A stretch of 64,000 nucleotides of DNA from Clostridia bacterium. GTDB taxonomy: Bacteria > Bacillota > Clostridia > Christensenellales > DTU072. Of the stretch, positions 25,329 through 33,899 are shown in pieces. The stretch spans positions 142,889-206,888 of the forward strand of contig JAFQOO010000007.1 in the NCBI GenBank assembly GCA_017403145.1, in the 5' to 3' direction. Every line of letters begins with the position of its first letter. Position 1 is the first letter of the stretch. Made by a program: the position numbers and the translations under genes. Under the pieces are notes generated by a model. It saw only the letters and a list, made by a program, of their open reading frames with translations, had not been told where the DNA came from and did not search any database.

Positions 25329-27155
25329 ATGTTTGTTTGCAAAGACGGAAAATTTTATCTTAACGGAGAGGAGTATAAGCTATACTCCGGAGCCATACAT
25401 TATTTTCGCGTGCTTCCGGAATATTGGGAAGATAGGTTGAAAAAGTTAAAGGCAATGGGGCTAAATACCGTTGAAACCTACGTTGCTTGGAACGTGCACG
25501 AAAAGCGCGAAGGCGAATTTGTTTTTAACGGAAGATACGACCTAAAGAAGTTTATAGAATCTGCTTCTAAGCTTGGCTTATACGTTATAGTAAGACCCGG
25601 TCCGTATATTTGTGCGGAGTGGGATTTTGGCGGTTTCCCCGCTTGGCTTCTTAAGTACGAGGATATAAGACTGCGTTCCAACGAGCCAAAATATATGTTT
25701 TACGTCAAGCGTTATTTGGAGCATTTGTTTGATGAAATCCGTGATTTGCAAATCAGTCGTGGTGGCAACGTTATTGCTATGCAGGTGGAAAACGAGTATG
25801 GCAGTTATGGTAGGGATAAAGAATATCTAGAGGCGCTCAAAAATATTTACCGCGACAATGGTATAGATTGTTTGTTATTTACTTCCGACGGGGAGAGTCG
25901 AACCAATTTATCGGGCGGGTCCCTCCAAAACGAACTTATGGTTGCAAATTTTGGTTCTCATCCACTCAAAAAATTTGCCGATTTAAAAGAGCTTCAGCCG
26001 AACAAGCCTCTTGTATGCGGTGAGTTTTGGTGCGGTTGGTTTACAAACTATGGTGGCTCGTATAATGCAGGTTCAAGTGCAACGCAAGTAGCTTCCTATC
26101 TTAAAGAGTTTATAAAAATGGACGCGGGCTTCAATTTTTATATGTTTCACGGCGGTACCAACTTTGGGTTTAGTGCAGGAGCAAACTGCTACGGAAGATA
26201 CACTCCGGATATAACCTCATACGACTATGGTGCGCCTCTTACAGAGTGGGGTGAGTATACCGAAAAATATCATCTCTCCCGCGAGGTTCTTCATAAGGCA
26301 CAAGGTCTACCTATGGAGGAGTTGCCACCTTCGCCCGTTACAAAGGTCTATGATAACGTTAAATTAACCGAAGTTGCCGAGCTAAAAGATTGTATCGACG
26401 ATTTTTGTGTTAAACGTGATAGTCATTTGATTTATCATATGGAGCACTATGGACAAAATCAAGGGTATATTCTATACTCAACCGAGTTTAGTGGCAACTA
26501 TGCCGATACAACGCTAACGCTTAGCGAAGTTCACGATATAGCCTACGTATACGTTAACGGAGAGCTAAGAGGTAGGTTCAACCGCCTTGACGTCGATTAT
26601 TATAAAGGTGGAAGCGATACCTATAAAATACCTTTGAAAGCTTTTAATGGTACCATTAGGATAGATATCCTTGTGGAGGCGATGGGCAGAGTAAATTATG
26701 GCGATAAGCTCTATGATAGAAAGGGCGTGGGCGAAGTTAAAATTGCCGACCAAAGAATTTATGATTGGACGGTTCGCAGTATGGAAATGGAAAGTGCACC
26801 TAGCATAAACTTTAGTTCAAAAGAGAACGCAAAAGAGAATATTTCTTATCCGGCTTTCTTCAGGGGTAACTTTACAGCGAAGGAAAAAGGGGATACCTTT
26901 ATAGACCTAAAAGGTTTTACCAAAGGGTGCGTATTTATAAACGGTTTTAACTTGGGTAGATATTGGAATATAGGTCCGGAGCGTACTCTATATATACCTT
27001 CGCCTCTATTAAGAGAGGAAAACGAAATAGTGATTTTCGAGCAAGAACGCGCGTATCAAAACGAAGTTTCGTTTACCAAAAATCCGATTTATGGTTCCTA
27101 TTTGCCGAGTAAAAGTAATTCAAACAAACTTCTTAAATGGTTTAAGAAAAGATAG
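25329..27155 (+). CDS. Glycoside hydrolase family 35 beta-galactosidase.
   Basis: GAIHYFRV.PEYWEDRL.K.KAMGLNTVETYV.WN.HE, RPGPYICAEWDFGGFPAWLL and QVENEYGSYG are present. A GGAG RBS precedes the ATG at 25329. Confidence 0.92.
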   Translation: MFVCKDGKFYLNGEEYKLYSGAIHYFRVLPEYWEDRLKKLKAMGLNTVETYVAWNVHEKREGEFVFNGRYDLKKFIESASKLGLYVIVRPGPYICAEWDFGGFPAWLLKYEDIRLRSNEPKYMFYVKRYLEHLFDEIRDLQISRGGNVIAMQVENEYGSYGRDKEYLEALKNIYRDNGIDCLLFTSDGESRTNLSGGSLQNELMVANFGSHPLKKFADLKELQPNKPLVCGEFWCGWFTNYGGSYNAGSSATQVASYLKEFIKMDAGFNFYMFHGGTNFGFSAGANCYGRYTPDITSYDYGAPLTEWGEYTEKYHLSREVLHKAQGLPMEELPPSPVTKVYDNVKLTEVAELKDCIDDFCVKRDSHLIYHMEHYGQNQGYILYSTEFSGNYADTTLTLSEVHDIAYVYVNGELRGRFNRLDVDYYKGGSDTYKIPLKAFNGTIRIDILVEAMGRVNYGDKLYDRKGVGEVKIADQRIYDWTVRSMEMESAPSINFSSKENAKENISYPAFFRGNFTAKEKGDTFIDLKGFTKGCVFINGFNLGRYWNIGPERTLYIPSPLLREENEIVIFEQERAYQNEVSFTKNPIYGSYLPSKSNSNKLLKWFKKR

Positions 27156-27215
27156 GTTTAAACTAGAAAGGTAAAAATAACGATTCTAAAAATATAGTGT
27201 AACCTTACTTTTACG

Positions 27216-27250
27216 AGGGAGAAAAAGTGTAGCTTTTTACTCCCTTTTTT
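27216..27250 (+). terminator. Intrinsic terminator.
   Basis: agggagaaaaag..ctttttactccct hairpin followed by T6. Confidence 0.7.
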
Positions 27251-27285
27251 AATACTTTTTTAATTAAAAAAAGAGGGGGAAATTA

Positions 27286-27314
27286 TTGACTTACGCGCGC
27301 ACATATATTATAAT
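27286..27314 (+). promoter_or_regulatory. Consensus-like promoter with CGCGCGC in the spacer (TetR-MMPL operon).
   Basis: TTGACT, then the 17-nt spacer taCGCGCGCacatatat, then TATAAT. Confidence 0.65.
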
Positions 27315-27361
27315 GATTTCAAAAGAGAATAAACTCTCTCTTTTTTATCGCGGGGTGGTTT

Positions 27362-27952
27362 ATGCAATATCAAAAAGAAGACGTAAGAAAAAGAATCGTT
27401 GATGCTGCAAAAACAGAGTTTTTGCGCGTAGGATATTACCGCGCAAGTATGCTTCAAATCAGTAACCGCGCCCGTGTCCCCATAGGAAATTTATATCGTT
27501 ATTTTGCCTCCAAGGAAGCTCTATACGACGCTATAGTCGGCACCGCTAAAGAACGTATTTTGGAAACGGTCAAAGGTGGTCTTAGTACGAGTGTTGCCAG
27601 CGAGGAAATTTCTCCCAAAGACGTAAGAACAAAAATGGATAAAGTGTCGGATAATTTCTTGGAGTTAGCAAGGGATTATCAAAAGGAAATGATACTTCTT
27701 TTGCAAAAGAGCAGTGGCTCGGCACACGATGGTTTTATCGAGGAAGTTATAGGATACGTTAAAACTCTCCTAAACGACCGAGTGAAAAACGCTAGTGGCA
27801 CGCCCAACGAATTTTTGTTTGACTTGATAGCAGACAACGTAACACGCGGAGCCTTTCGTATTATGATAGAAAGACCTCTTGAGGAGCAACACGAAGAACT
27901 CACAAGACTGCTTACTTTCTATTTTGCCAACATTGACGATAGACTGATTTAG
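27362..27952 (+). CDS. TetR/AcrR-family transcriptional regulator.
   Basis: The N-terminal HTH reads RKRIVDAAKTEFLRVGYYRASMLQISNRARVPIGNLYRYFASKEALYDAIV. Confidence 0.9.
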   Translation: MQYQKEDVRKRIVDAAKTEFLRVGYYRASMLQISNRARVPIGNLYRYFASKEALYDAIVGTAKERILETVKGGLSTSVASEEISPKDVRTKMDKVSDNFLELARDYQKEMILLLQKSSGSAHDGFIEEVIGYVKTLLNDRVKNASGTPNEFLFDLIADNVTRGAFRIMIERPLEEQHEELTRLLTFYFANIDDRLI

Positions 27953-27973
27953 ATATAGGTAACAGGGGAATAA

Positions 27974-30640
27974 ATGAAATCTTTTGCACGCTTCGTAGTT
28001 AATAATAGGTTGTGGATAGTCATAGTATTTGCAGTCCTTTTGATAGCATCTATCGTTGGTATGATGTTTGTTGAGGTAAACTATAACGACTCGGGTTATT
28101 TGCCCGATGATAATAAGGTTGCCCAAGGTCTAGATGCTATGTATGGTGAATTTGGAGAGGGCGGTAACGCAACCGTTATGCTTTCCGAAACCACTATAGA
28201 AAAGGCGGTTGAATTCAAACAAAAAATGGAGGCAGTCAGTGGCGTTGCCGACGTTATTTGGATAGATGATATTTTCCTTTCCGACGAAATATGGGTTATA
28301 AAAAAGGCGCAAGAAAGTGCCGAGATTTCTCGCGGTAAAGCGGTTTATTTTGTTATGCATATGGTAGATAAAATATCCGGCAACGTGTTAACCGACGGAG
28401 AAAAAGCACTGATTTCATCGGGCAATTTTAGCGACCCCGCGCTTATTAGCGTGCTCGAAAAGCTTAGTGATGGATTGACCCCTTCCGATAAATCCTCGTT
28501 CTCTATATTTATGCTTAGGCTAGGCAATGCGATAATGGACCCCAATTGTCCTTTTGCAGGTACGGGCGGTGGATTCGATATGGGTATGCTTGAGCAATTC
28601 AAGCCCAGCCTCGAAATGTTCTATTATAACGATGCTAAGCGCGGTGAATATGCACTTTTCCAAGTAGCTTTTACAAATAGCGACTATGACACCAAAACTA
28701 TGGATGCAATAGATGCTATAAAAGATATAGAAGGTTACAAAATTTCTATAGTTGGTAATGCGGCAACTACCTATAATAGTATCCAACTTGTTAGCAAGGA
28801 AACTATGATTTCCACTATAGTTGCGGCAATTATCATTATCGCAATACTTCTTTTAACTACGACTTCTTATTTGGAACCAATAGCAATTCTAATTCCAATT
28901 GGCGTTAGCGTGCTTATGAATATGGGTACCAACTGGATTACCCCTTATCTTACCGGCGCGGATGGAGTATCGTATATTACCCAAAGCGTTTCTGCGGTAC
29001 TACAGCTTGCCTTAACGATGGACTACTGCGTAACGTTGCTACACCGCTTTAAAGAAGAAAAGAAAAAGGGACTAAAGTCCAACGAGGCTATGGTAGAAGC
29101 TTTGGGCTCTAGTCTAAAAGCGATAGGTAGCGCTTCGTTGACGACGGTTGCATCGTTCGTTGCCCTTATGTTTATGCAATTTAAGCTAGGTATGGATATG
29201 GGCTTCGTACTAATGAAGGGTACCGTATTATCTATACTATGCGTTATTTTCTTGATGCCTGCTGTCATTCTTTATATGGAGAAATTGCTTGATAAGACCG
29301 AGCATAAGACTTTCAATTTGAGCTTTAGAAAGTTCAGTAAGGGCTTGGTTAAATCGCGTTTCTACGTTCCATTTATAATAATTGCAATCATCGTACCTTG
29401 TATTTTCCTACAAAGCCAAAACTTTTTCGTATATGGCCCCGAAGCAAGTATGGGCGGTACGGAAAGTGAAATTGCGCAAGATAGAGAGGATATGGAAATC
29501 GTATTCGGCAAGCAAAATCAACTTATTATGCTTCTACCTATCGAGTATTATAGAAGTGGTGTCGAACTCGAAATCACCAAGGAGCTTGCCGAGGTTGAGG
29601 GCGTGTCGGTTGTTCAAAGCTATTCTGCATTTGCAGAGCAAGGCGTTCAAGGTATGATGCCCGAAAAGTTTATCAAGCAGTTCCTAGCAAAGGGAGAAGC
29701 GGATAGCCAATATACTCGCGTGGTAATGTTCCTAGATGCCGAAGAAGAGGGCGATGCAACCACCGCACTCGTGCAAGAGATAAATGCTATTGCCGATAAA
29801 TATATGGAAGAAAACCAAGAGTTAGGTCAAGGCTACGTTCTAGGTATTTCTTCCGCCACTTTGACTATAAAGGAAGTGGTAAATAGCGACTATGATATCA
29901 TAAGTTACGTTTCAATAGGACTAGTTGCCCTCATACTACTCATAACCTTCAAGAGTGCAATACTTCCCGTAATATTGGTAGTAGTAATACAAGGCTCCGT
30001 TTACGTCAATATGGCGGTACCATATATCACGGGACTAATACAAGGAGCACCTCAACCCATAGTTTTCATAGGATATATGCTTATTAGCTCGATACTACTA
30101 GGCGCTACCGTCGACTACGCAATACTCCTTACCGATAGATATATGGAAAACCGTAAGGTAATGGGTAAATATGATGCTATTAGACAAGCGCTTGCCGATA
30201 GCTCGCGTACTTTGATAACCTCGGCTGGCATTTTGACGGGTGCAGGGGCAGCGGTACAATTTGTATCAACCCTTCCCGCAACCAAGGTAATAGGTGCTGC
30301 CATTATGCGCGGTGGTATACTTGCCTTCCTATTGGTTATTATTCTACTCCCGCAATTACTAATTCTTCTCGATAAGGTTATTAGGGTAACTACTATAGGT
30401 GGCAAAAAGAATATGGTATCTTCCAAGACTATCTTGTATGCACCGGAAATCGAAGAAGCATCGGTTATCCAACAACCCAAAGATTCCGTACCTTTCTGGA
30501 AACGTCGTAAGAGATATACCGAAATGACTTCGACAGAGCGTGAAGATGCTATACTAGAAAACATATTGGAATCTATCGATAATCCTGACTTTGACCCCAA
30601 CTACGAAGACTTCCACGATTGGGACGAAGATGATAAATAG
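27974..30640 (+). CDS. MMPL/RND-superfamily membrane transporter (888 aa).
   Basis: Two 5-6-TM bundles are each preceded by a large extracytoplasmic domain. The arrangement downstream of a TetR gene is typical. Confidence 0.8.
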   Translation: MKSFARFVVNNRLWIVIVFAVLLIASIVGMMFVEVNYNDSGYLPDDNKVAQGLDAMYGEFGEGGNATVMLSETTIEKAVEFKQKMEAVSGVADVIWIDDIFLSDEIWVIKKAQESAEISRGKAVYFVMHMVDKISGNVLTDGEKALISSGNFSDPALISVLEKLSDGLTPSDKSSFSIFMLRLGNAIMDPNCPFAGTGGGFDMGMLEQFKPSLEMFYYNDAKRGEYALFQVAFTNSDYDTKTMDAIDAIKDIEGYKISIVGNAATTYNSIQLVSKETMISTIVAAIIIIAILLLTTTSYLEPIAILIPIGVSVLMNMGTNWITPYLTGADGVSYITQSVSAVLQLALTMDYCVTLLHRFKEEKKKGLKSNEAMVEALGSSLKAIGSASLTTVASFVALMFMQFKLGMDMGFVLMKGTVLSILCVIFLMPAVILYMEKLLDKTEHKTFNLSFRKFSKGLVKSRFYVPFIIIAIIVPCIFLQSQNFFVYGPEASMGGTESEIAQDREDMEIVFGKQNQLIMLLPIEYYRSGVELEITKELAEVEGVSVVQSYSAFAEQGVQGMMPEKFIKQFLAKGEADSQYTRVVMFLDAEEEGDATTALVQEINAIADKYMEENQELGQGYVLGISSATLTIKEVVNSDYDIISYVSIGLVALILLITFKSAILPVILVVVIQGSVYVNMAVPYITGLIQGAPQPIVFIGYMLISSILLGATVDYAILLTDRYMENRKVMGKYDAIRQALADSSRTLITSAGILTGAGAAVQFVSTLPATKVIGAAIMRGGILAFLLVIILLPQLLILLDKVIRVTTIGGKKNMVSSKTILYAPEIEEASVIQQPKDSVPFWKRRKRYTEMTSTEREDAILENILESIDNPDFDPNYEDFHDWDEDDK

Positions 30641-30698
30641 TTTTAGAGCAACAAAAAAAGCCTTGTGAAAGCCGAGTCCCTACAAGGGATTCGGCAAC

Positions 30699-30796
30699 TA
30701 AATAAATCCTTACGGATTTGTGATATTCGTCTAATGACGAGTGAGATTGCCTTACGGCAGTTATATTCGCCTTACGGCGAGTTAAGGATTTATTTA
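30699..30796. other. 98-nt element with 14-bp perfect terminal inverted repeats enclosing three tandem mini-hairpins.
   Basis: TAAATAAATCCTTA (30699-30712) pairs with TAAGGATTTATTTA (30783-30796). Inside are ATTCGTC-taat-GACGAGT (30725-42), ATTGCC-ttac-GGCAGT (30746-61) and ATTCGCC-ttac-GGCGAGT (30765-82). Confidence 0.7.
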
Positions 30797-30797
30797 A

Positions 30798-30882
30798 TAT
30801 AACTTTGGCGATAGCCAAAATATAACGCAAGAATTATCTTGCATATCACTTTTAGCCACACGGCTAAAAATATAACTTTTTT
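30798..30882 (+). repeat. Three tandem 23-27-nt units, each a TATAAC linker followed by a hairpin with a unique stem. The last unit is followed by a T-run and is the likely MMPL terminator.
   Basis: TATAAC + TTTGGC-gata-GCCAAA. TATAAC + GCAAGA-atta-TCTTGC. TATCAC + TTTTAGCC-acac-GGCTAAAA. Then TATAAC + tttttt. Confidence 0.75.
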
Positions 30883-30901
30883 ATTTTAAGATTTTGTGGA
30901 T

Positions 30902-30948
30902 AAAGAAAAGCCCACCATATTTCGCCTTAAAGCGAAGTATAGTGGGCT
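30902..30948 (-). terminator. Intrinsic terminator of the Na/Pi transporter gene.
   Basis: The minus strand has an AGCCCAC...GTGGGCT hairpin with an inner TTCGC/GCGAA stem, followed by TTTTCTTT. Confidence 0.7.
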
Positions 30949-31018
30949 ACACTTTTGTATTAAATTAAAATTCCCTTATAGGAACGCCATAAACAAGGCT
31001 TTTTCTTTGTTTTTTCTT

Positions 31019-32695
31019 TTAAGCTTTGACTGCTTTCTTGGGTTTTGCAAAGGATTTGGTTGCGTTTGCAATATTGGTAATGTGGTCGGCTATACGCTCT
31101 ACGTCGTTTGCAAGGCTGATATAAAGGGCGCCGGTTTCGGGGTTACATACACCCTCGTTTAGACGTTCTATATGCTTTTCACCCATAAGAACTTTCATAT
31201 CGTCGGTAATTTGTTCAAAGGTGTATAGGGTGGGTATAAGTTCGGGGCTTTCTTCGTCGTAAATCTTGTATGCCAAATCGAATAGGTTGTCAATGGCTTC
31301 ACGGAGCTTTGCAATTTCTTCTAGACTATCTTCGGAGAAAGAAAGGTTATCTTCCTTCAAGCGCTCTGCGTATTCGAATATGTTTTCGGAGTAGTCGCCT
31401 ATGCGTTCAAGGTCGGTTACGGTATGGTGTGCGGTGCCTAGAAGTTGGTTATCAAGCTCGTTTATGTCCATTTGGTTAACCTTAACTAGATATTTGGTTA
31501 TCTCTTTATGTAAATAGTTAAGTTTATTTTCGGTTAATTGTAGCTCTTCTTTTTTGGATACGTCAACCTTGGTAATAGCGTCTAGAGCTAGGTCAAGGTT
31601 TTGTTTTGCAAGGTTATACATATTGAGAATTTCTCTCTTTATATTCGCAACTGCAAGAGGGGGAGAGGTAAGGACTTGCTCGTTTAGATAGTATAAACGC
31701 GGTACGTTGTCGTCCTCCTTTCCTTTCTTTTCGGGAACGATAAGGGTGGCTAGCTTTACTAGTGGCTTAATAAAGGGAAGAAGTACTATGGTGGTCGCTA
31801 CGTTGAACATAGTGTGTAGCATAGCTATTTGCATTTGAGCAGTATCGAACCAATTCATTAGTAGGTTTGCGTACTTTGCAAAGATATCGGTAATCATAAA
31901 CAATACGCTACCGAGCAAATTGAATAGTAGGTGTACTATTGCAACGCGTTTGGCATTGGTCGTAGTACCTATTGAACAAATAAGTCCCGTTATGCAAGTT
32001 CCTATATTGGAGCCGATAATAACGTACATTGCTTGGGGAAAGGTTATAATGCCCGCGGCACTCATCGTTATAACCAAACCGGTCATTGCGCTAGAGCTTT
32101 GTATAATGCCTGTAATAATTGCGCCGAGAACGACTAGTAATACGGGGTTGGTTACGCTTTGGAGTGCGTTGACTATTATGGGTGCTTCCTTGAAGCTTTC
32201 CATACTATCACCCATAACTTGCAAGCCAACGAATATCATACCTAGACCGCAAACTATGGAACCTATCTTTTTAAACAAATCCTTTTTTGCAAATAGAAGC
32301 ATAAAGGCGCCTATACCAGCACAAGCTGCAAAGATAACGGTAAGTTGAACGTCTTTGATACCGCCAAAACCAAGAGCAACTATTTGTGCGGTTATAGTAG
32401 TACCTACGTTTGCGCCAAAAATAACGCTGGTCGCTTGTGGTAGAGTCATAAGTCCTGCATTAACAAAACCAATCAACATAACGGTAACCGCGCTAGAGCT
32501 TTGGATAACCGCGGTAGTCGCTGCACCAATACCAACACCGACGAAACGTGATTTATCGATAACGCTAAACATTTGCTTTATGCGATTACCGGCAACAGCT
32601 TCTAGATTGTCGCCTAGAATTTTCATACCAAAAATAAATACGCCAAGACCGGAAAGTGCTGCTAGAACTGCGTAGAAGATATCAAGACCTGTCAT
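31019..32695 (-). CDS. Na+/phosphate cotransporter family protein (NptA-like) with a C-terminal PhoU-like domain.
   Basis: LSGLGVFIFGMK.L...L and two QSSSA(V/M)T motifs are present. The C-terminal helical domain contains ERIGDY/ERIADH repeats typical of PhoU. Confidence 0.88.
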   Translation of the reverse strand: MTGLDIFYAVLAALSGLGVFIFGMKILGDNLEAVAGNRIKQMFSVIDKSRFVGVGIGAATTAVIQSSSAVTVMLIGFVNAGLMTLPQATSVIFGANVGTTITAQIVALGFGGIKDVQLTVIFAACAGIGAFMLLFAKKDLFKKIGSIVCGLGMIFVGLQVMGDSMESFKEAPIIVNALQSVTNPVLLVVLGAIITGIIQSSSAMTGLVITMSAAGIITFPQAMYVIIGSNIGTCITGLICSIGTTTNAKRVAIVHLLFNLLGSVLFMITDIFAKYANLLMNWFDTAQMQIAMLHTMFNVATTIVLLPFIKPLVKLATLIVPEKKGKEDDNVPRLYYLNEQVLTSPPLAVANIKREILNMYNLAKQNLDLALDAITKVDVSKKEELQLTENKLNYLHKEITKYLVKVNQMDINELDNQLLGTAHHTVTDLERIGDYSENIFEYAERLKEDNLSFSEDSLEEIAKLREAIDNLFDLAYKIYDEESPELIPTLYTFEQITDDMKVLMGEKHIERLNEGVCNPETGALYISLANDVERIADHITNIANATKSFAKPKKAVKA

Positions 32696-32845
32696 TTCGT
32701 TTTATCCTTTTTGTGAATTTATATTTGCGGTTGGACTCACATTTAGAGCCACAAACTCCACCATTACTATTATAACTTGAACTTTGTCAATAGTCAATAT
32801 GGATAATTATGGCTAAGAAAGAAAGATTTAGAAAAATATTGCTTA

Positions 32846-32875
32846 TTGACACGCACGCGCGCGGTATGATATAAT
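32846..32875 (+). promoter_or_regulatory. Promoter with a CGCGCGC spacer element (YegP-DUF1893-GH2 operon).
   Basis: TTGACA, then the 18-nt spacer cgcaCGCGCGCggtatga, then TATAAT (TGa extended -10). Confidence 0.6.
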
Positions 32876-32965
32876 TACAAATAGTGGATAATCCGTAGGT
32901 GGGCGCTGATTATTTTATTTTGATTAGAAAAATAAGCTAACGAAAAGTGTGAGTAAAACATCCTA

Positions 32966-32981
32966 CTAGTACGCGTACTAG
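32966..32981. promoter_or_regulatory. Perfect 16-nt palindrome in the 5' leader; candidate operator.
   Basis: CTAGTACGCGTACTAG lies about 42 nt upstream of the ATG at 33023. Confidence 0.4.
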
Positions 32982-33022
32982 AAAATTTAATAGAATATAT
33001 ATTATACCAAGGAGAATAAAAA

Positions 33023-33451
33023 ATGGCAGAACTAAAAGGTATCTTTTACTATGGTCAAACAGCAAAGGGACATTTCAATTTCCACTTGAAAGCTCCTAAC
33101 AGAGAAACTATCGGTGTTTGTGAAGGCGCTTATGCAGACCTTTCAAGTTGCAAAAAGGGTATTGCATCCGTACAAAAATTCGCACCTCAAGTAGTGGATA
33201 AAATCGAAGACCTCACCCTTAAAAAACCTATGGAACCTCTAAAGTTCCCCAAAGCAGAAGTTTACCAAGACAAGCAAGGCAAATATCGTTTCCGCATTTA
33301 TGCAAACAATGGTAATTTGGTTTGCATCAGCGAGTCCGGTTACGCAAGCAAAGAAAGTGCAAAAGCAGGTATTGCTTCCGTAGCAAAGTGGGCACCTAGC
33401 GCAGACGTTATGAGCGAAAAAGATTATTTGGAGTTTACCAAGAAAAAATAG
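33023..33451 (+). CDS. YegP-family (DUF1508/UPF0339) protein with two repeats.
   Basis: The internal duplication is F.FHLKAPNRETIGVCEGAYADLSSCKKGIASVQKFA and YRFRIYANNGNLVCISESGYASKESAKAGIASVAKWA. Confidence 0.8.
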   Translation: MAELKGIFYYGQTAKGHFNFHLKAPNRETIGVCEGAYADLSSCKKGIASVQKFAPQVVDKIEDLTLKKPMEPLKFPKAEVYQDKQGKYRFRIYANNGNLVCISESGYASKESAKAGIASVAKWAPSADVMSEKDYLEFTKKK

Positions 33452-33879
33452 TGGCAAATCTTATAGTGGCAAAGGAATATCTGGATAACGGATATTCCGT
33501 TTGCTTTTGTAAAGATGACAGTATATTATGTTCAAGGGATAAGGGTATAGCCTTTATCGCCTTTTTTGCGCGTGATAAAAGGGATTTTAGTGGATATAGC
33601 GTAGCGGATAGAATTGTTGGTAAGGCGGCGGCATATATCTATACCATACTAAACGTAAAGGCAGTGTATGGCAAGGTTATGACGGAAGAAGCATTTGGAA
33701 TACTAACGGAGTATGGCATTGAGGCTAGCTACGAAACCAAGGTAGCGCAAATTATAAATAGGGCGGGCGACGGAATATGCCCTATGGAAAAGGCGGTCAA
33801 AGATATTGACGAAAAGCACCTTGCACTTGAAGCGGTACTAAATAAAATCGAGTTGTTAAGAAAGGGGAAGATTGATTAA
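33451..33879 (+). CDS. DUF1893 (TM1506-like) domain protein.
   Basis: VADRIVGKAAAYIY and INRAGDGICPMEKAV match my memory of this family. The GTG start overlaps the upstream TAG. Confidence 0.6.
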   Translation: MANLIVAKEYLDNGYSVCFCKDDSILCSRDKGIAFIAFFARDKRDFSGYSVADRIVGKAAAYIYTILNVKAVYGKVMTEEAFGILTEYGIEASYETKVAQIINRAGDGICPMEKAVKDIDEKHLALEAVLNKIELLRKGKID

Positions 33880-33899
33880 CTAATCTTATTGGAGGCATT

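Noticed and set aside
30896-31162. 88-aa plus-strand ORF at the 3' end of the Na/Pi transporter gene.
   Set aside because: It overlaps the transporter terminator and C-terminus. It has low complexity and no RBS.
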